Origin: the human T2T-CHM13v2.0 reference genome, Homo sapiens
Direction: 5' to 3' (one strand)
DNA: 64,000 nt
Assembly (NCBI RefSeq): GCF_009914755.1
Contig: NC_060938.1
Position numbers and translations under genes: made by a program. Shown piece after piece: positions 45,688 through 59,669 of this stretch (position 1 is its first letter; each line of letters opens with the position of its first letter). The notes beneath the pieces were generated by a model that worked only from the letters and a program-made list of their open reading frames with translations, did no database searches and was not told where the DNA came from.

Positions 45688-46533
45688 CTGAAAAGAGGTA
45701 ATTAAAATGTGTATATGGATGACCCCAGCTTCTGTCAGTTCAGTGTAGCTGTTATGCTGACAATGTCCATGTTTTGTTTAGGAAGAGGAGTTAGTGTTGT
45801 CTAAAAACAATGAAATAAGCAATTTAATAATATAGAAAGAATTGCTTTGGAAAGGCACACTAGTTTCAATTTTGTCGCATCCCTGATAGGATTTAGCTGA
45901 CTGCTGTCTCTTGACTCGTCGATATTTTTTTGTTTTGGTCCCTGGCTGTAACTTCTCCTTCCTCCATCTCCATTCTCCTGTTCCCCAACTCTACACTCCC
46001 ACCCTCAATCCCCAACCCCAAAATGGGCTTTTTGGTTGTTACATTTCAGTAGGAGTCATTCTTATCTTCTGCAGGTGCTTCTTGAAATCAAAGACTTGTT
46101 TTGAAAAGAAAGGCAATTAATTAGATAGCAAAGGAAGCCAGTCCTCTTATCACCCGATCTGGTCATGGACATAGTGCTTCACACTTTTTCCATTCCCTAA
46201 CCCCACAGCTCAAAGCTTTCCTGTACACCTGCTCTACTCAGCTCATCAATTTTCTGTGAGCCAGTTAAGTTCCTTTAAGCCTATCCACTGAGAGGTGGTG
46301 ATAGTTCTCCAAGAAAAAGATCGAAAAAGAGAAACAGAATGCTCCTCCAGGCCTTTATCTTGATCACACTGTTTGTTTTCACATTGATGTCTGTAATGAA
46401 ACAAAGAGGATTTAATCGTGTTAAACAAAAGCCTGTTGGTACCCAGAGGAAACTCATTTAACTCTACTTCAAGTCTTGGAGTTTCAGGTTTCTTGTCTTC
46501 CTCTCTGCCGATCCACCAGGCTGAGTTTCTTAC

Positions 46534-46608
46534 CTGGGGCTTAAAATTGTGAGGTGTGAAACTCTTCTTTTGTTTTGACAGGTGCTCTTTGCTAAACATC
46601 AGCCTAGC
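46534..46608 (-). other. candidate internal exon of the same minus-strand transcript
   Basis: Strong donor CAG/GTAAGA at 46534/46533; pyrimidine tract and AG near 46604-46640. Confidence 0.3.
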
Positions 46609-46903
46609 CTTGATGGTGATAATACACAGAAGGGGGAAAATAACTTCAGAGAAGCTAATGACTGTACTTACTCAACTTTTACCTTTAATAGGTTTTGTTA
46701 GCTTCTCTCTTTGGAGTTCTTTAGTATAAAGTGGAAAAACAAATTGGGCTGATGGGAAGTGAGTGTGAAAAGATAGTGGTAGTTAAGAAGACCCTGGAAC
46801 CACCTGCATTGTGGAACTCCAAGAAGGAAAGAAAGGTGAATGGGTTTGAGCTGCTCCTTCATCAAGGAGTTAGTTGGCAGGGCCTGCCATCATTAAGTCT
46901 TTG

Positions 46904-47251
46904 TTTTTTTAATGGTTTAATAGATTTAGGGGGTACAAGTGCAGTTACACGGATATGGGACATGGTGAGGTCAGGGCTTTTAGTGTAACCATCACCTGAA
47001 TTGTGCACATTGTACCTATTAAGTAATTGTTCATCCACCTTCCCGTTACCCTTCCTTGTCTCCAGTATCTATCATTCCATTCTCTATGACAATGTGTATG
47101 CATTATTTAACTCCGACTTATAAGTGAGAACATACAGTATTTGACATTCTGTTTCTGGATTATTTCACATAAGATAATGGCCTCCAGGTCAATCCATGTT
47201 GCTTCAAAATACATGATTTCATTCTTTTTTATGGCTGAGTAGTATTCCATG
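46904..47251 (-). mobile_element. L1PB-type 3' end
   Basis: GATTTAGGGGGTACAAGTGCAG...GGTGAGGTCAGGGCTTTTAGTGTAACCATCACC...TAAGTGAGAACATAC. Confidence 0.88.
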
Positions 47252-48715
47252 AGCATTATTATGTCTTTCTAGAGGAAGAACAGACTCTCAAGTGGCACTC
47301 ATAACTTTACATTCGACCAAGGAGTCTTCAGGCATGATTCTAATGTTAGAATGCCAGACTAGTCATCAAGAGAGTGGGAGACTCCAAACTAATAGAACTT
47401 CTCTCTTATCCCCAGAAAGGGGTCTCTTTGGATAGAGAGAGAAGTCTCGAGGCCCCTCTCATTGGCTTGAAACCATCGTGATGTGTTCCTTTGCTGACTG
47501 CTCTTCTGCAGTGTTTCCAAAACAGCCTTCCTGCATCTATTGAAAGCACTGGTGTCCTTTATTCAATCTCTACCTGCTGTTACCTTTCTCTCTGTGCCTC
47601 CTAACCTTGACCTCATTCTGGTGAGGAGTGGGAAATCCTTTCTACAGACACTGACAATCAGTTATGCTGACCACGCACTGTGAAATAAAGACAGCTGACC
47701 CAAATTTTCAGGCGGTGTCAAATTGTGGTAGTTTTGAGCTTTGTCATCAGCCCAAAAAGTTCCATTGTGCCAAAATTAAGGAAAGAAAATTACCTTCTCT
47801 TTTTGCTTTATAAAAGCCCAATCTTTCTTCATCTTTGTTCAGACAGTGGTAATAGGAGTAGGGTATCGACTTCTCCCAGAAAAAAAAACTTAGTGCTTAC
47901 AAAAATTTCCCGTGTAATTATTAGAGAGTTTGTATGGATCAGTGGTTGAAGGTGGGCCTAGAACACCTGAGTGATTTGGAGTAAATCTTGTTTGTGCTGC
48001 AGAGTTCTCAGGTTTAAAATGTATGTGCAAGAGCAACAAGATCATAGGATTCTTATACACAATTAATTAAAGTAGAAAGTGTAGAAGTCTCCTTAAGTCG
48101 TATGCTGTGCTCAATACATGTTAACCATCATTGTTTGCAAACTTCATAGTCAAGGCTGGCTGTTAATGCACTGAGCTTCATTGCCTTCATCATGTATTTC
48201 ATCTACAAAGCACTGGTTTTACTTGTTTCCCAAAGGTTTGGGGAAGTAGCTTCTCTTTTCATTGGGTTTCCCAAAGGGTTTTGCCTCCAGTAGCCATTCC
48301 ATCTTCTCAGCAAGAAAATCACTCTGATTTCTCCCATACACACTCTTATCTCTAAAATAACCGATTGGGCTATTTATTCTTTCTCTTTTCTCATTCAAGA
48401 TCATAAAGAAGATGAAATTATATATTTGATTTCAGCCGTTTCTGGAAGATCAGAAGATTTCATCCTAGAACAGACCTAGAAGGCAGAGAAAACGAACAGG
48501 AAGCTGCAGTTCCCTTTTGCATCGTTATGGTCTTCACAATTTGGCACATCTCATGCCTGCGCTGGGAATCAGCGTCCTCAATCTTCCTTGTCTTTCTTCT
48601 TTCTCTGTAGCTAGTATACCACGAAAGTAGATTGCTCGTGAATGTTGCGTTTTGCTGCTGCCTCATATCTGGAGTTTCCGTCTTAGAGCGAAGGCTCATC
48701 TTTGATTCTGGGTCG

Positions 48716-49059
48716 TTTTTGTTGTTGTTGTTGTTGTTGTTTTGTTCGTTTGTTTGTTTGAGACAGAGTCTCACACTGTCGCCTGGGCTAGAGTGCAGTG
48801 GCGCGATCTCAGCTCACTGCAAGCTCCGCCTCCCGGCTTCAAGCGATTCTCCCGCCTCAGTCTCCAAGTAGCTGGGACTACAGGTGCTACAGATGTGTGC
48901 CACCACTCCCAGCTATTTTTTTTTTTTTTTTTTGTATTTTTAGTAGAGACGGGTTTTCACCGTGTTAGCCAGGATGGTCTCGATCTCCTGACCTCGTGAT
49001 CCGCCCGCCTCGGCCTCTCAAAGTGCTGGGATTACAGGCGTGAGCCACTGCGCCTGGCC
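48716..49059 (-). mobile_element. AluY/Sc-type with (TTG)n tail
   Basis: Antisense Alu; small internal duplication CTACAGGTG/CTACAGATG. Confidence 0.95.
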
Positions 49060-49261
49060 GACCCTGGGTAGTTTTTATACCAAAGCTTAGTTCGTTTCTT
49101 ACAGTTTCCTGAAAGTTAATTATAACTGGCATCTTTTTAGAAGGTAACAACTATTTGTTAGAAGAGTGAAGTAGATGAGAAGGCTTAATTTTAAAAAGGG
49201 CTAATAACTTCGGTCATTACTCCTCAGCTATAAGAAAATAACAGAAAATAATAGGAAAACT

Positions 49262-50038
<777 letters not shown>

Positions 50039-50066
50039 AAATCTGGCTGAATTCTTAAATCGAATG

Positions 50067-50382
50067 TAGTCATGTGTCACCTAACGACAGGGATGTTCTG
50101 AGAAGTGCGTCACTGGGTGATTTCATCCTTGTGGGAACATCATAGCTTGTACTCACCCGAATCTAGATGGTGTAGCCTAGGACACATCTAGGCTATATGA
50201 AATAGCCTATGTTACCGTACTGAATACAGTAAGAAATTGTAATGTAATGGTATTTTTTATCTAAACATACCTAAAAATAGAAAAGGTACAGTAAAAATAT
50301 GATATTATAATCTTATGGGACCATTGTAGTATATGTGGTCAGTAGTTGACCAAGATGTCATTCATTAGATGGCACATAACTG
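50067..50382 (+). mobile_element. Tigger3a (MER7A) TcMar DNA transposon
   Basis: AGTCATGTGTCACCTAACGACAGGGAT...TAGAAAAGGTACAGTAAAAATA...TATAATCTTATGGGACCA...CATAACTG. Confidence 0.9.
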
Positions 50383-51111
50383 TGCCAGGAATTAAGAAAG
50401 AGGAGACAAAAAGAAGAAGAAAGAAAAAGTGGTAACCCTGACTCTCGCCAAAACAGGATCACACTCATCCCTTGTAGACCCACTTTTTCATGATCTCGAC
50501 ATAATATCCTATATTTGCTTTAAAAATAACAATAATCACAAGAATAGTGGGGAGCGGGAGAAGAGAAGAGTGTGAAATTCAAACACCCATTATCTATTTT
50601 GAACAATTCAAATTGAATAGGCCTGAAATTGAAATGGGTATTGTGGCAGTAGTCTTAATGCAAACTTAATGTTTAAGTCCTTCTCAAACTGTTTTTAAAA
50701 AATCTCCAGCATTATTTCATCTCTGACAGCTGAAGCATTCAGAAAGACTATTTGTTTCTCTAACATCCTTTTATTGGGGGGTGGTGCTGGAAAATATATG
50801 GATCAGCCCATTTTATTCCTTTAAATGTAGTCTTGTTGTTTTTTATAATGGGATTTTAATGCAGATTTATAGGGGATTTTCTTGCAACAGTGATTCAAGC
50901 TAACTTGGTATTCACAAAATGAAGACTAATACAGAAAATTCTTTTTCTACTCTTTCTTCCCAAAATAAAAATTATTTGATTTGAAAACAGGAAGTTTTGA
51001 CTTTGGTTTTTCTCTTTCCTACCCTGTCTGGACACAGTGAACTTGACTGGTATTTGAGGGTACAGAGGGCTGTAAAAAGTTCACATATGGCACACAAATT
51101 ATTTTGTTAGG

Positions 51112-51125
51112 GTGCCATCTGCTGG
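51112..51125 (-). promoter_or_regulatory. CTCF motif
   Basis: Reverse complement CCAGCAGATGGCAC, a full match to CCASYAGRKGGCRS, in unique sequence. Confidence 0.6.
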
Positions 51126-51205
51126 TATCAAACAACCAGAGCATATTTTTTCTTAAAAATTAATTATTTTTTCTATTTAAACTAGACTTAGAAATTTGAC
51201 TCAAA

Positions 51206-51255
51206 TAACTTTTTGTCCTTTCTCATTTAGAATTATAGTATAGACTATTTTCAAA
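51206..51255 (+). repeat. 50-bp dispersed direct repeat, copy 1
   Basis: 48/50 identical to 54941-54990. Confidence 0.95.
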
Positions 51256-51719
51256 TGGTTGTCTGATGCATAATTCTTAAACACTCCAATATGGTAATAA
51301 AATAAGGTATAACTTTATTCTTAATTTAGGAAAATGGAGGCACAAGGCATTGCTTTGACTTACTGGTTCCTGACCTGTTTGGATTCAAGTTTCTTTTCTT
51401 TTTTTTTTTTTTTTTTTAGTTTCTATGTCTCCTTTGACATTAAAAATTTTTTTTGTCAAATTTTCCCTACAGAAAAGCAATTTAATTGTTGTGTTTGTGA
51501 TTACATTGGTTTCAACATGCTTTATTCATCCATTTGCTAAACTTGGTCTCTATGCCATAGCATAAGGTGCATGCACAATTTGTTGCTTTTTTATAAAGCT
51601 AGCTTATCAGCATAGCCTTTATCATTTGTGTTCTATATTAATGTTGATCCCTGGTCTTTTCCCCACCTGCCTCTATAAGTGGTAAGGAAAAGCAACTGTT
51701 CCCCTTTTTAAAAAAAACC

Positions 51720-51920
51720 TTTACCACCTACTAGTTATATGTCCTTGAGCAAGTCATTTACTTCCCTGTGGCTAAGTTTTCCTTATCTGTAAGTTGCAGA
51801 TAATAGCAATCACCCCAGAGTATTAAGGAGTTATTCTGAGTGTTAAAGGAAATCACAGGTATAAAGTTTTAGAATAGTGTCATAACATAATAAACACACA
51901 ATAATTGTTAACTGTTTTGT
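51720..51920 (+). mobile_element. MIR
   Basis: CCTACTAGTTATATGTCCTTGAGCAAGTCATTTAC...CTTATCTGTAA. Confidence 0.8.
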
Positions 51921-52399
51921 CACAGTTGTTATTTAAGCATGTCAAAGAATATTAATGAGAGAATCATAACTTTACAGTAACTCCTGGGATTCTTAGCCTC
52001 TTTAGACTGAGAGATACAAAATGAACGTGTGTGTGTGTGTGTGTTTATATTTTGCAGTAGAAGAGCACACTATTATTTTCCTTACCTTCCCTCTGTCCCA
52101 TTCTATGAGTGCTTAATTGACATGAAATCTCAACTTCCTAAAATTTTGTATAAACCCTTCCATAATCTGACTGTGTACTTCTTGTCCTTTATTTCTCCAT
52201 ATTCTCTTTTTCAAATACTGTGTTTCAGCCATAATGAACTTCCCAATTGCCTGAGTGAATCATGCTTTTACTCTTCAGGCCATTGTACATGCTTTTATTT
52301 CTTCTGCCTGAAACACCTCTCCTCTCTACCTGGCTGCTGTGTCACCTGTCACTAGCTGATACCTTCTTTATCTCTCAGCTTCCATGTTAAGAAGTCTTC

Positions 52400-52727
<328 letters not shown>

Positions 52728-52989
52728 TCATGGGCTCCAGTAATATTCAGTACTCCATCTACTCCAGATTGGAAGGGGTAGGGTCTAGCTAATGGATCAT
52801 TATACTCCTAGCTTCTAGATCATTATCTACTTAACAATTATAATGTAATAAAAATGTAAATGCATAATAATTAATTCAATAGATACAGGCTGAGTACAAA
52901 CTTTCTGCTAGGTACTTTTCTAAGCCCTGAGCAAAACAGACAGAAATTCCTGACTCTATTGAGTTTAATTCACTCTATGTTTTTGCCTC

Positions 52990-53405
52990 AGTTTTTCTGT
53001 TTCTGTTCAAGGCCACAGAAGGAAAACCGACATGAGAGAGTGCAGCACCCTGGGGCTCACAAGGAGGGGAGCTGTTACTTTCCCTGCCTCTAGAGTCAAA
53101 GGGAAGAAGTAGCAAGGTGTTTGTCTGGGGAAGACCATTTAGTGGAAGCCCTGGCCCTCATTAAGGGGATTCAGTCTGCATGCAGTGTCCTCTAAGAGCG
53201 GGGACCCAGGAAATCAACTCAGACATCTCTTGCTTCTCCCTCCTTCCTTTTCCTGCTGTTTCCCTTAATGGGTTGAAGCCAACTGAAGCCAGAGGGCAGG
53301 AAGCCCAGGTAAAGTAGTCTACATAGCTCAGCCTCCTGCAGCCCAATATAGGGGTCAGGATCAGCAGAGTGGATCTGGAAGGACAAATGGAAAATATTCA
53401 GCACC
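52990..53405 (-). mobile_element. LTR33 (ERVL) LTR
   Basis: GAAGCCAGAGGGCAGGAAGCCC...GAGTGGATCTGGAAGGACAAATGGAAAATATTCAGCAC matches the reverse complement of the LTR33 5' part. Confidence 0.8.
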
Positions 53406-53477
53406 AATTTTGATAAGAACTCTTAAGTTGTTTTCTTTTAGTTTCTGAATTATTTTGTAAATGAAGAGTATTTGTAG

Positions 53478-53769
53478 GGCCAGGTGCGGTGGCTCACGCC
53501 TGTAATCCCAGCACTTTGGGAGGCCGAGTCGGGCAGATCAGGAGATCGAGACCATCCTGGTAACACAGTGAAACCCCTCTCTACTAAAAATACAAAAAAT
53601 TAGCCAGGTGTGGTGTCAGGCGTCTGTAGTGCCAGCTACTAGGGAGGCTGAGGCAGTAGAATGGCGTAAACCCAGGAGGTGGAGCTTGAACTGAGGCGAG
53701 ATCATGCCACTGCACTCCAGCCTGGGCAATAGAGCAAGACTCCGTCTCAAAAATAAATAAATAAATAAA
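53478..53769 (+). mobile_element. AluY-type
   Basis: AluY diagnostics; small left-arm deletion; TSD AGTATTTGT. Confidence 0.93.
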
Positions 53770-54940
53770 GTATTTGTTCAAATAATTGGCGTTGTGTGTG
53801 TGTGTGCTGCACCTGTGGGAAATTAGGGCTTATTTTTATAAACCCACCCCTTTTAAACAAATATTAATGTTCTGTATATTTGAAGGCTTTTTTTGGTCAA
53901 ATGAGAGATTTAGGCAATCTAATATGAATGAAGAAATTTGTTCTAGATTGTGCCTTTGAGGCTCATTTCAGAACTTTTAAAGGAAAAAAAAAAAGATTTG
54001 AAATTCTGTGATTGTGGAAGAACTATTGGTGATGCCAATCGTTTCCATCATTTCTGAGGCCCTCCTGGAACTGCTGCAGATGCAGTCATGGGTCTGTGCT
54101 GTAGCTCATGGCCCGAGGAGTAGGCCAGGGGAAAGTAACATAGAAACAGAAAAAGGTTACTGAGGTCCCAGGGCTACCTTTGAAGAGATCAAGATGTCTT
54201 TTTAATGGTGGAGGTTCAATCTGAGTGTGTCTGAAATCCAAAAGCACAAAAATCAAGGACCTCGCATTAACCTCTGCATCATACCACCCATTTTTCTGTC
54301 ATGGGCTGTATCATTTTCCGTGAAAATCTTATTAGAATTTTGCTTGACAAGGCTACTATAACATAAGATTTATGCTTTCACAGGAAGTACTATTTTCAGT
54401 CATTTATAACTCAGGTGGATACACTTGCTGTTAGGTAAACTTATTTTGAGAACGATTTAGTTCCTTCTTTCTGTAACCCCACCTTTACACTTCCCTGTCC
54501 CTAGTTTAAATGTTAATTAGTTTTTCTAATAGTTTGATACTTAACACCAATCATGTTCCACATTGTGGGGGTACCAGCTTAGATGACGTCTTTCCTTCTA
54601 GGGGTTAAAATACAAACATATTGAGAACAAATATGATATCTTATAAATTTGGTACTGTACATTTTTCTTAGAATTGTCTTGTTCATTTTTGAAATTAGAT
54701 TCTCACAATATTCATTGTTGTGAGATTCTGACTCCTTTTAAAAATAAGAAAACAATGAATGTAAATGAGTTCCCAGAACAAATCAATGTATACATTGAGG
54801 ATCTATGGCATGCACCCACTATCTGACAAATAAACAATGCTCATATGAATGGCCATATCTCTGATAGTTCTGACCTACTGTACCTTTGTTTTTTGAAGCT
54901 TTTAGGTTAAAATCTACTTGAGGGCCAAATCCTCACTCTC

Positions 54941-54990
54941 TAACTTTTTGTCTTTTCTCATTTAGAATCATAGTATAGACTATTTTCAAA
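54941..54990 (+). repeat. 50-bp dispersed direct repeat, copy 2
   Basis: 48/50 identical to 51206-51255. Confidence 0.95.
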
Positions 54991-55773
54991 CGCCAGCACA
55001 GTGCCAGCAAATTGCGTGTAGAAAGTCAATAAATACATATAGGACAGATTTTTTTGCAGGGCTATTTAAGGATAACCAGGTCTCCAGAACTATTTTGAAA
55101 TACTCTGTGATTCTAGCCTTAGCACACTACAATATTATGTTTTCAACTGCTAACAATGTACAAAGATGTAGGTCAATGGAGTATATTGAATGTTTTAGGA
55201 AACTTGGCCAGGGTTAGAACTCTCCATTTGATTAGATTTCTGGAAAGAGGATTCAAGTATGTTTAGCTCAATTGCACAAAAGAACATGTTTGCATTTCAT
55301 ATTTTAGCTAAAATTTTACCAAGAAATCAGACACTTTGTTCATCTTTAACAAATAACCTTTTTAAAGGTGACCCTGTGCAAGAGAGTTTGGTCTCTTCAC
55401 AAACAAAATAATCTCCTGATAAAGAATTCAGGGTTGATAATGAATTCCTTTATACATGTAATTAATGAATAAGAAATCTAATATTCTGTAATAAATGAAT
55501 AAGAATAATGATAGTGGTAGGGGGTGGGTGGAGGATGGAGGAGAGAGTGCTGACACATGAAATACTGACACCAAAAGCAGACACTACCAACTCTAGGCAA
55601 CCCACAGCTTGATGAATTTATCCAATGGCAGAGATTTCCAAACCAAAGCAGAACCTTCCAGGGTTTGCCAGACTGTGAACCTCCACTGCTGGACTCAAAC
55701 TTGTCCAGGCTGGAAATTGTCTTGTTATTGCTTCTCTAAGAATCCCCAGAGAACATGGGCTCTCTATAAATTT

Positions 55774-56091
55774 ATCTTTTTCTTTTTCTTTTTCTTTTTT
55801 TTTTCCCTAGACAGAGTCTTTCTGTGTTGCACAGGCTGAAGTGCAATGGTGTGATCTCTGCTCACTGCAACTTCTGCCTCCCTGTTTCAAGTAATTCTCC
55901 CTGCCTCAGCCTCCAGAGTAGCTGGAATTGCAGGCACCCACCACCACGCCTGGCTAATTTTTGTATTTTTTAGTAGAGATAAGGTTTCACCATGTTGGCC
56001 AGGCTGTTCTTGAACTCCAGACCTCAAGTGATCCACCTGCCTCAGCCTCCCAAAGTGCTGGGATTACAGGCGTGAGACACTGTGCCTGGCC
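55774..56091 (-). mobile_element. Alu (AluS-type)
   Basis: Antisense full Alu. Confidence 0.93.
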
Positions 56092-56282
56092 CTAAACTCA
56101 TCTTTTATACAACAAAAAGAAAAGAATAAACACACCCTTTGGTCTTATCTTGGCTATAGCAAAACATACCAAGCAGAATTAAACTTTTGTTTATCTTCAT
56201 ACCCTCTGCAGAGAGTATATGACCTTTGTTACACATAACAGGTTTTCTCAAAACACCTCGAAAATGAATGCATGTATCTAGG

Positions 56283-56284
<2 letters not shown>

Positions 56285-56326
<42 letters not shown>
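56285..56326. repeat. (TG)21 microsatellite
   Basis: Perfect dinucleotide run. Confidence 0.97.
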
Positions 56327-56329
<3 letters not shown>

Positions 56330-58460
56330 ACAAAGATGAGAAATCCAGTTAAACTAGTTCAGGAAAAAATGCTTATTATAATAATATAATAAGCTCATCA
56401 AAATGGAGTACAACTAAGTCATATGCAACCTGAAACTAGGACAGAAACCTCTTCATTAATTGAAGCAGCTACTTGTCCATCTGTTTTGGCTTTTCATATT
56501 TGTTTATCTTTCCCCAACTCTCTTTCCTTCCCTTGCTACCTCCTTTCTCTATAATTCTCTCTCTCTCTTCTATATTCACCTATTGCTTAAGTTAAATGCT
56601 ACGCTTCCTGAATATATATTGTCGTTTCCCACAGTTTGCAAATGTTTTGTCACTGATTTATGCCAAACCTCCTAAAGTATATCCCTAATTCTAATACTGT
56701 TGTAGCAGGACACAATTTTTTCCAGGTCCCAGAAACCTTCATTTTTCTATTAAAAAAAAATAGCTTTATTTCCAGACCCTGACTCATATTAATCCTTTAT
56801 GGTGAAAGGTAATGACTCCAGCCCACCTCTGGGTTTATACTATACACACAAACAGAACAAGGGAGTCTCATACATTCCTAAATTATAATACCAAGGCAAG
56901 AACACAGTATCTGGAACTGGAAATTTGTAACCTTCAAGCTCAGTCTTCTACCCTACTTTTTTAGACCACTAAAAGTTGAAATATTTTCACTATCAAGGAA
57001 TAAAACCATGCCAGGTCAAATAGGCACTGTTCTCCCAGCTCACCTCTGCTTCTCTACCACCTAGTGATTGCAGACTGCAAAGGGGATAAAAATTACTACT
57101 CTAGATTAACAATAATAATAATAATAAATCCTTCTTTAAATAGATATATAATCAGCTTTGAAGATTTTTCAAATATCGATCAAGTTCCCAAGTAAAGGGT
57201 CCTGCCTCATGGAGTGTTCAGAGAAAAATAATTGTGGATATTTTCAGTCATCTCTCAAAGGCTCTCAATTCTAACCAAGGCTCTTCCATCTCAAGTAACA
57301 CAGACGCCAATCAAGGTAACATAAAAGAAAAAAAAATGATCATGGCACAGTGTTAATAAAGAAAAGATAATAAAATTGGAGAAGAACTCTCAAGAATCTT
57401 GTTTGAGATTAGCCTCATGGAGGAAGGAGACCAATCTGAAGCTACTCTCTCCTCTTTGAATGCACACAGGCTCTCTCATCTCTAAGTATCTTTCTCTCTT
57501 TCTATCCTGACTGTTCTGCTTCCCTCTGAGCCTATGCATCAATTGCACTGGGGATGACAGTGCAAAGATGAATAGGACAATGTCCCTGTCCTGTGAGCTT
57601 AGAGACCAGCAGGGATAGGATGATAGATATACAAGGACAACTCAGCACCAGTTGCAATGTTGCAGAAGATACAGTGTTCTGCAGCGATGCAGAAGATAAT
57701 GTTCTACAATGTTGCAGAAGATACAGGCGGTAGGGAAGACTAAAATGCAGGAATGGTCATCTCCATATGGGCAGAAGGCAATGAACGTTTTAATGGGTTT
57801 CAAGGGAGAGAGAATATTTACAGGAAGCCTTCAAGATAGCCAGGTATGGTACAAGGGAACCTAGAGAAATAGGCAAAATCCAGATCATGGATGTCCCCAT
57901 GTGACATCCTAGGGAAAGCTAAGGGGACTCCACAATCTCATTAGGATCATGGTCATTCCAACAGCAATGTGAGAAATAATTTGTACCTAGGCTTAAATAC
58001 AGATCATGAATCCTATGGTCCTGAATAGCACTGTCCAGACAGAGACAAGAAAGATGCAAATCCAGGAAACTGGGAGTCAAGGATAAGATGAATATAAAGA
58101 GGGGGAAGTAGGTTGCACTTAGTACTGTTAGTGACTGACCACAAAACCGCAGAATTCTAGGTAAGCTTAGCAGGTTGATCTCCTTAGTCCCAATCTTGTG
58201 ATGGCCTCTCATGACTGACAAGGGTGAGTGCTGTCCAGGTCTTCCCATTTTCAGACCATGAGCCTCTCCTCTATTTTCTGCATCATGTCCAAGTCTCAAC
58301 AGTCAGAAAAAATTCTGCCTGTACCTCATTCTCAGTTTATCTGCCATTTCTGCACCTCTCTGATCATTTTTACACTCCCTCAAATACCCCCACCCGGCTC
58401 TCTTTTACACTGTCTACCCTATGAATGCCTTAGTCCTGAATTCTAGCTACAAAGTTTCTT

Positions 58461-58714
58461 TCTTCCTTTTTTTTTTTTTTTTTTTTTTTTTGAGACAGAG
58501 TCTTGCTCTGTCCCCCAGGCTTGAGTGCATTGGTGTGATCTCTGATCACTGCAAGCTCCACCTCTCAGGTTCAAGTGATTCTCCTGCCTCAGCCTCCTGA
58601 GTAGCTGAGACTACAGGCGAATGCCACCAAGCCCGGCTAATTTTTTTTGTATTTTTAGTAGGGACGGCGTTTCACCATGTTGACCAGGCTGGTCTCGATC
58701 TCCTGACCTCGTGA
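58461..58714 (-). mobile_element. 5'-truncated Alu
   Basis: Antisense Alu ending at CCTGACCTCGTGA; TSD-like AGTTTCTT. Confidence 0.9.
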
Positions 58715-58999
58715 GTTTCTTATCTTCAGTTGCTTGATGCCCATAGTTTGCAATAACCATAAGGGAGCATTGTGTGGGGAACCTGTAACTCCAGAATTTA
58801 GGTATGGCTCTCTTGATGTGTGGTTGTGTTATATTGAGGAAACCTCACATGTCTTCAGTTTTCATATCTGTACAGCAAGAGGCTTGCATTAGATAATGTT
58901 AGGAGAAATTATAGACATAAAAATGTCAAGAATTACCATCCACCTGGAATAGGGACCTGAAAATGCTTATTGAGGAAACATGTGGAAAAGAGGAATTTT

Positions 59000-59205
59000 G
59001 GAAGCAAAAAGACATGAATTTCAAGAGTGGTTCTATCACATTCTATATTTACTTCTTTGAACTTCTGTTTCTTCATTTGTAAGACGAAGCTAACAGCTAT
59101 ATTGCTGGGGTATTTTTGCGAATATGTGAGGTAAAGCACTGAGTAGCTCCCATGTGGTATGCAGCAGACAGATAACAAACAGCATCTATTGCTATTATTA
59201 CTTGG
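59000..59205 (+). mobile_element. MIR
   Basis: CTTCTGTTTCTTCATTTGTAA...GTAAAGCACTGAGTA...GCTATTATTA. Confidence 0.65.
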
Positions 59206-59669
59206 AGTTAAATTCAATAAAAAAGAACATGTAAGTAAATTCTGATGAGCGAATTTATGACTCTAACAGTGTGTTTTCTTAGCTCTGAGTCTGTCATTCA
59301 GGACTTAATTTTTTTTATTAAGAAATAAACTGCTAAAACCATTTAACAATTACCCTCACTGTCCTAATGGCAGTAATATATAGTCTATAGTCATGCTTAA
59401 TATACAACAAAAATCTACTTTAGCATTAAAAATCAGAAAAGGTGATAAAAACTCAATCTTAATTCTCCTATGTCCATTGGATAATAATTCATAAGAGTTG
59501 TGATCTAGGGTTTCTAAATAGCCACATATTTCTGTAACATTGTAAGCGGCGATGTTATTTTCTGTAAATTTCAAAAATAAAGTGTTTGTTTTGTATTATT
59601 TATAATAGCTACCTGATTTGAAGTGAGACCAGAGAAAGAAAAACAAACTTGTGTGCACTATAATTTGTT

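Noticed and set aside
45558-46165. Shared CCGATCTGGTCA and AAGGAAGCCA words about 500-600 bp apart
   Set aside because: Order is not colinear, and matches this short are expected by chance in 64 kb
48460-48774. 104-aa minus-strand ORF with a poly-Asn run
   Set aside because: Starts inside an Alu tail and the poly-N comes from (TTG)n; no recognisable domain
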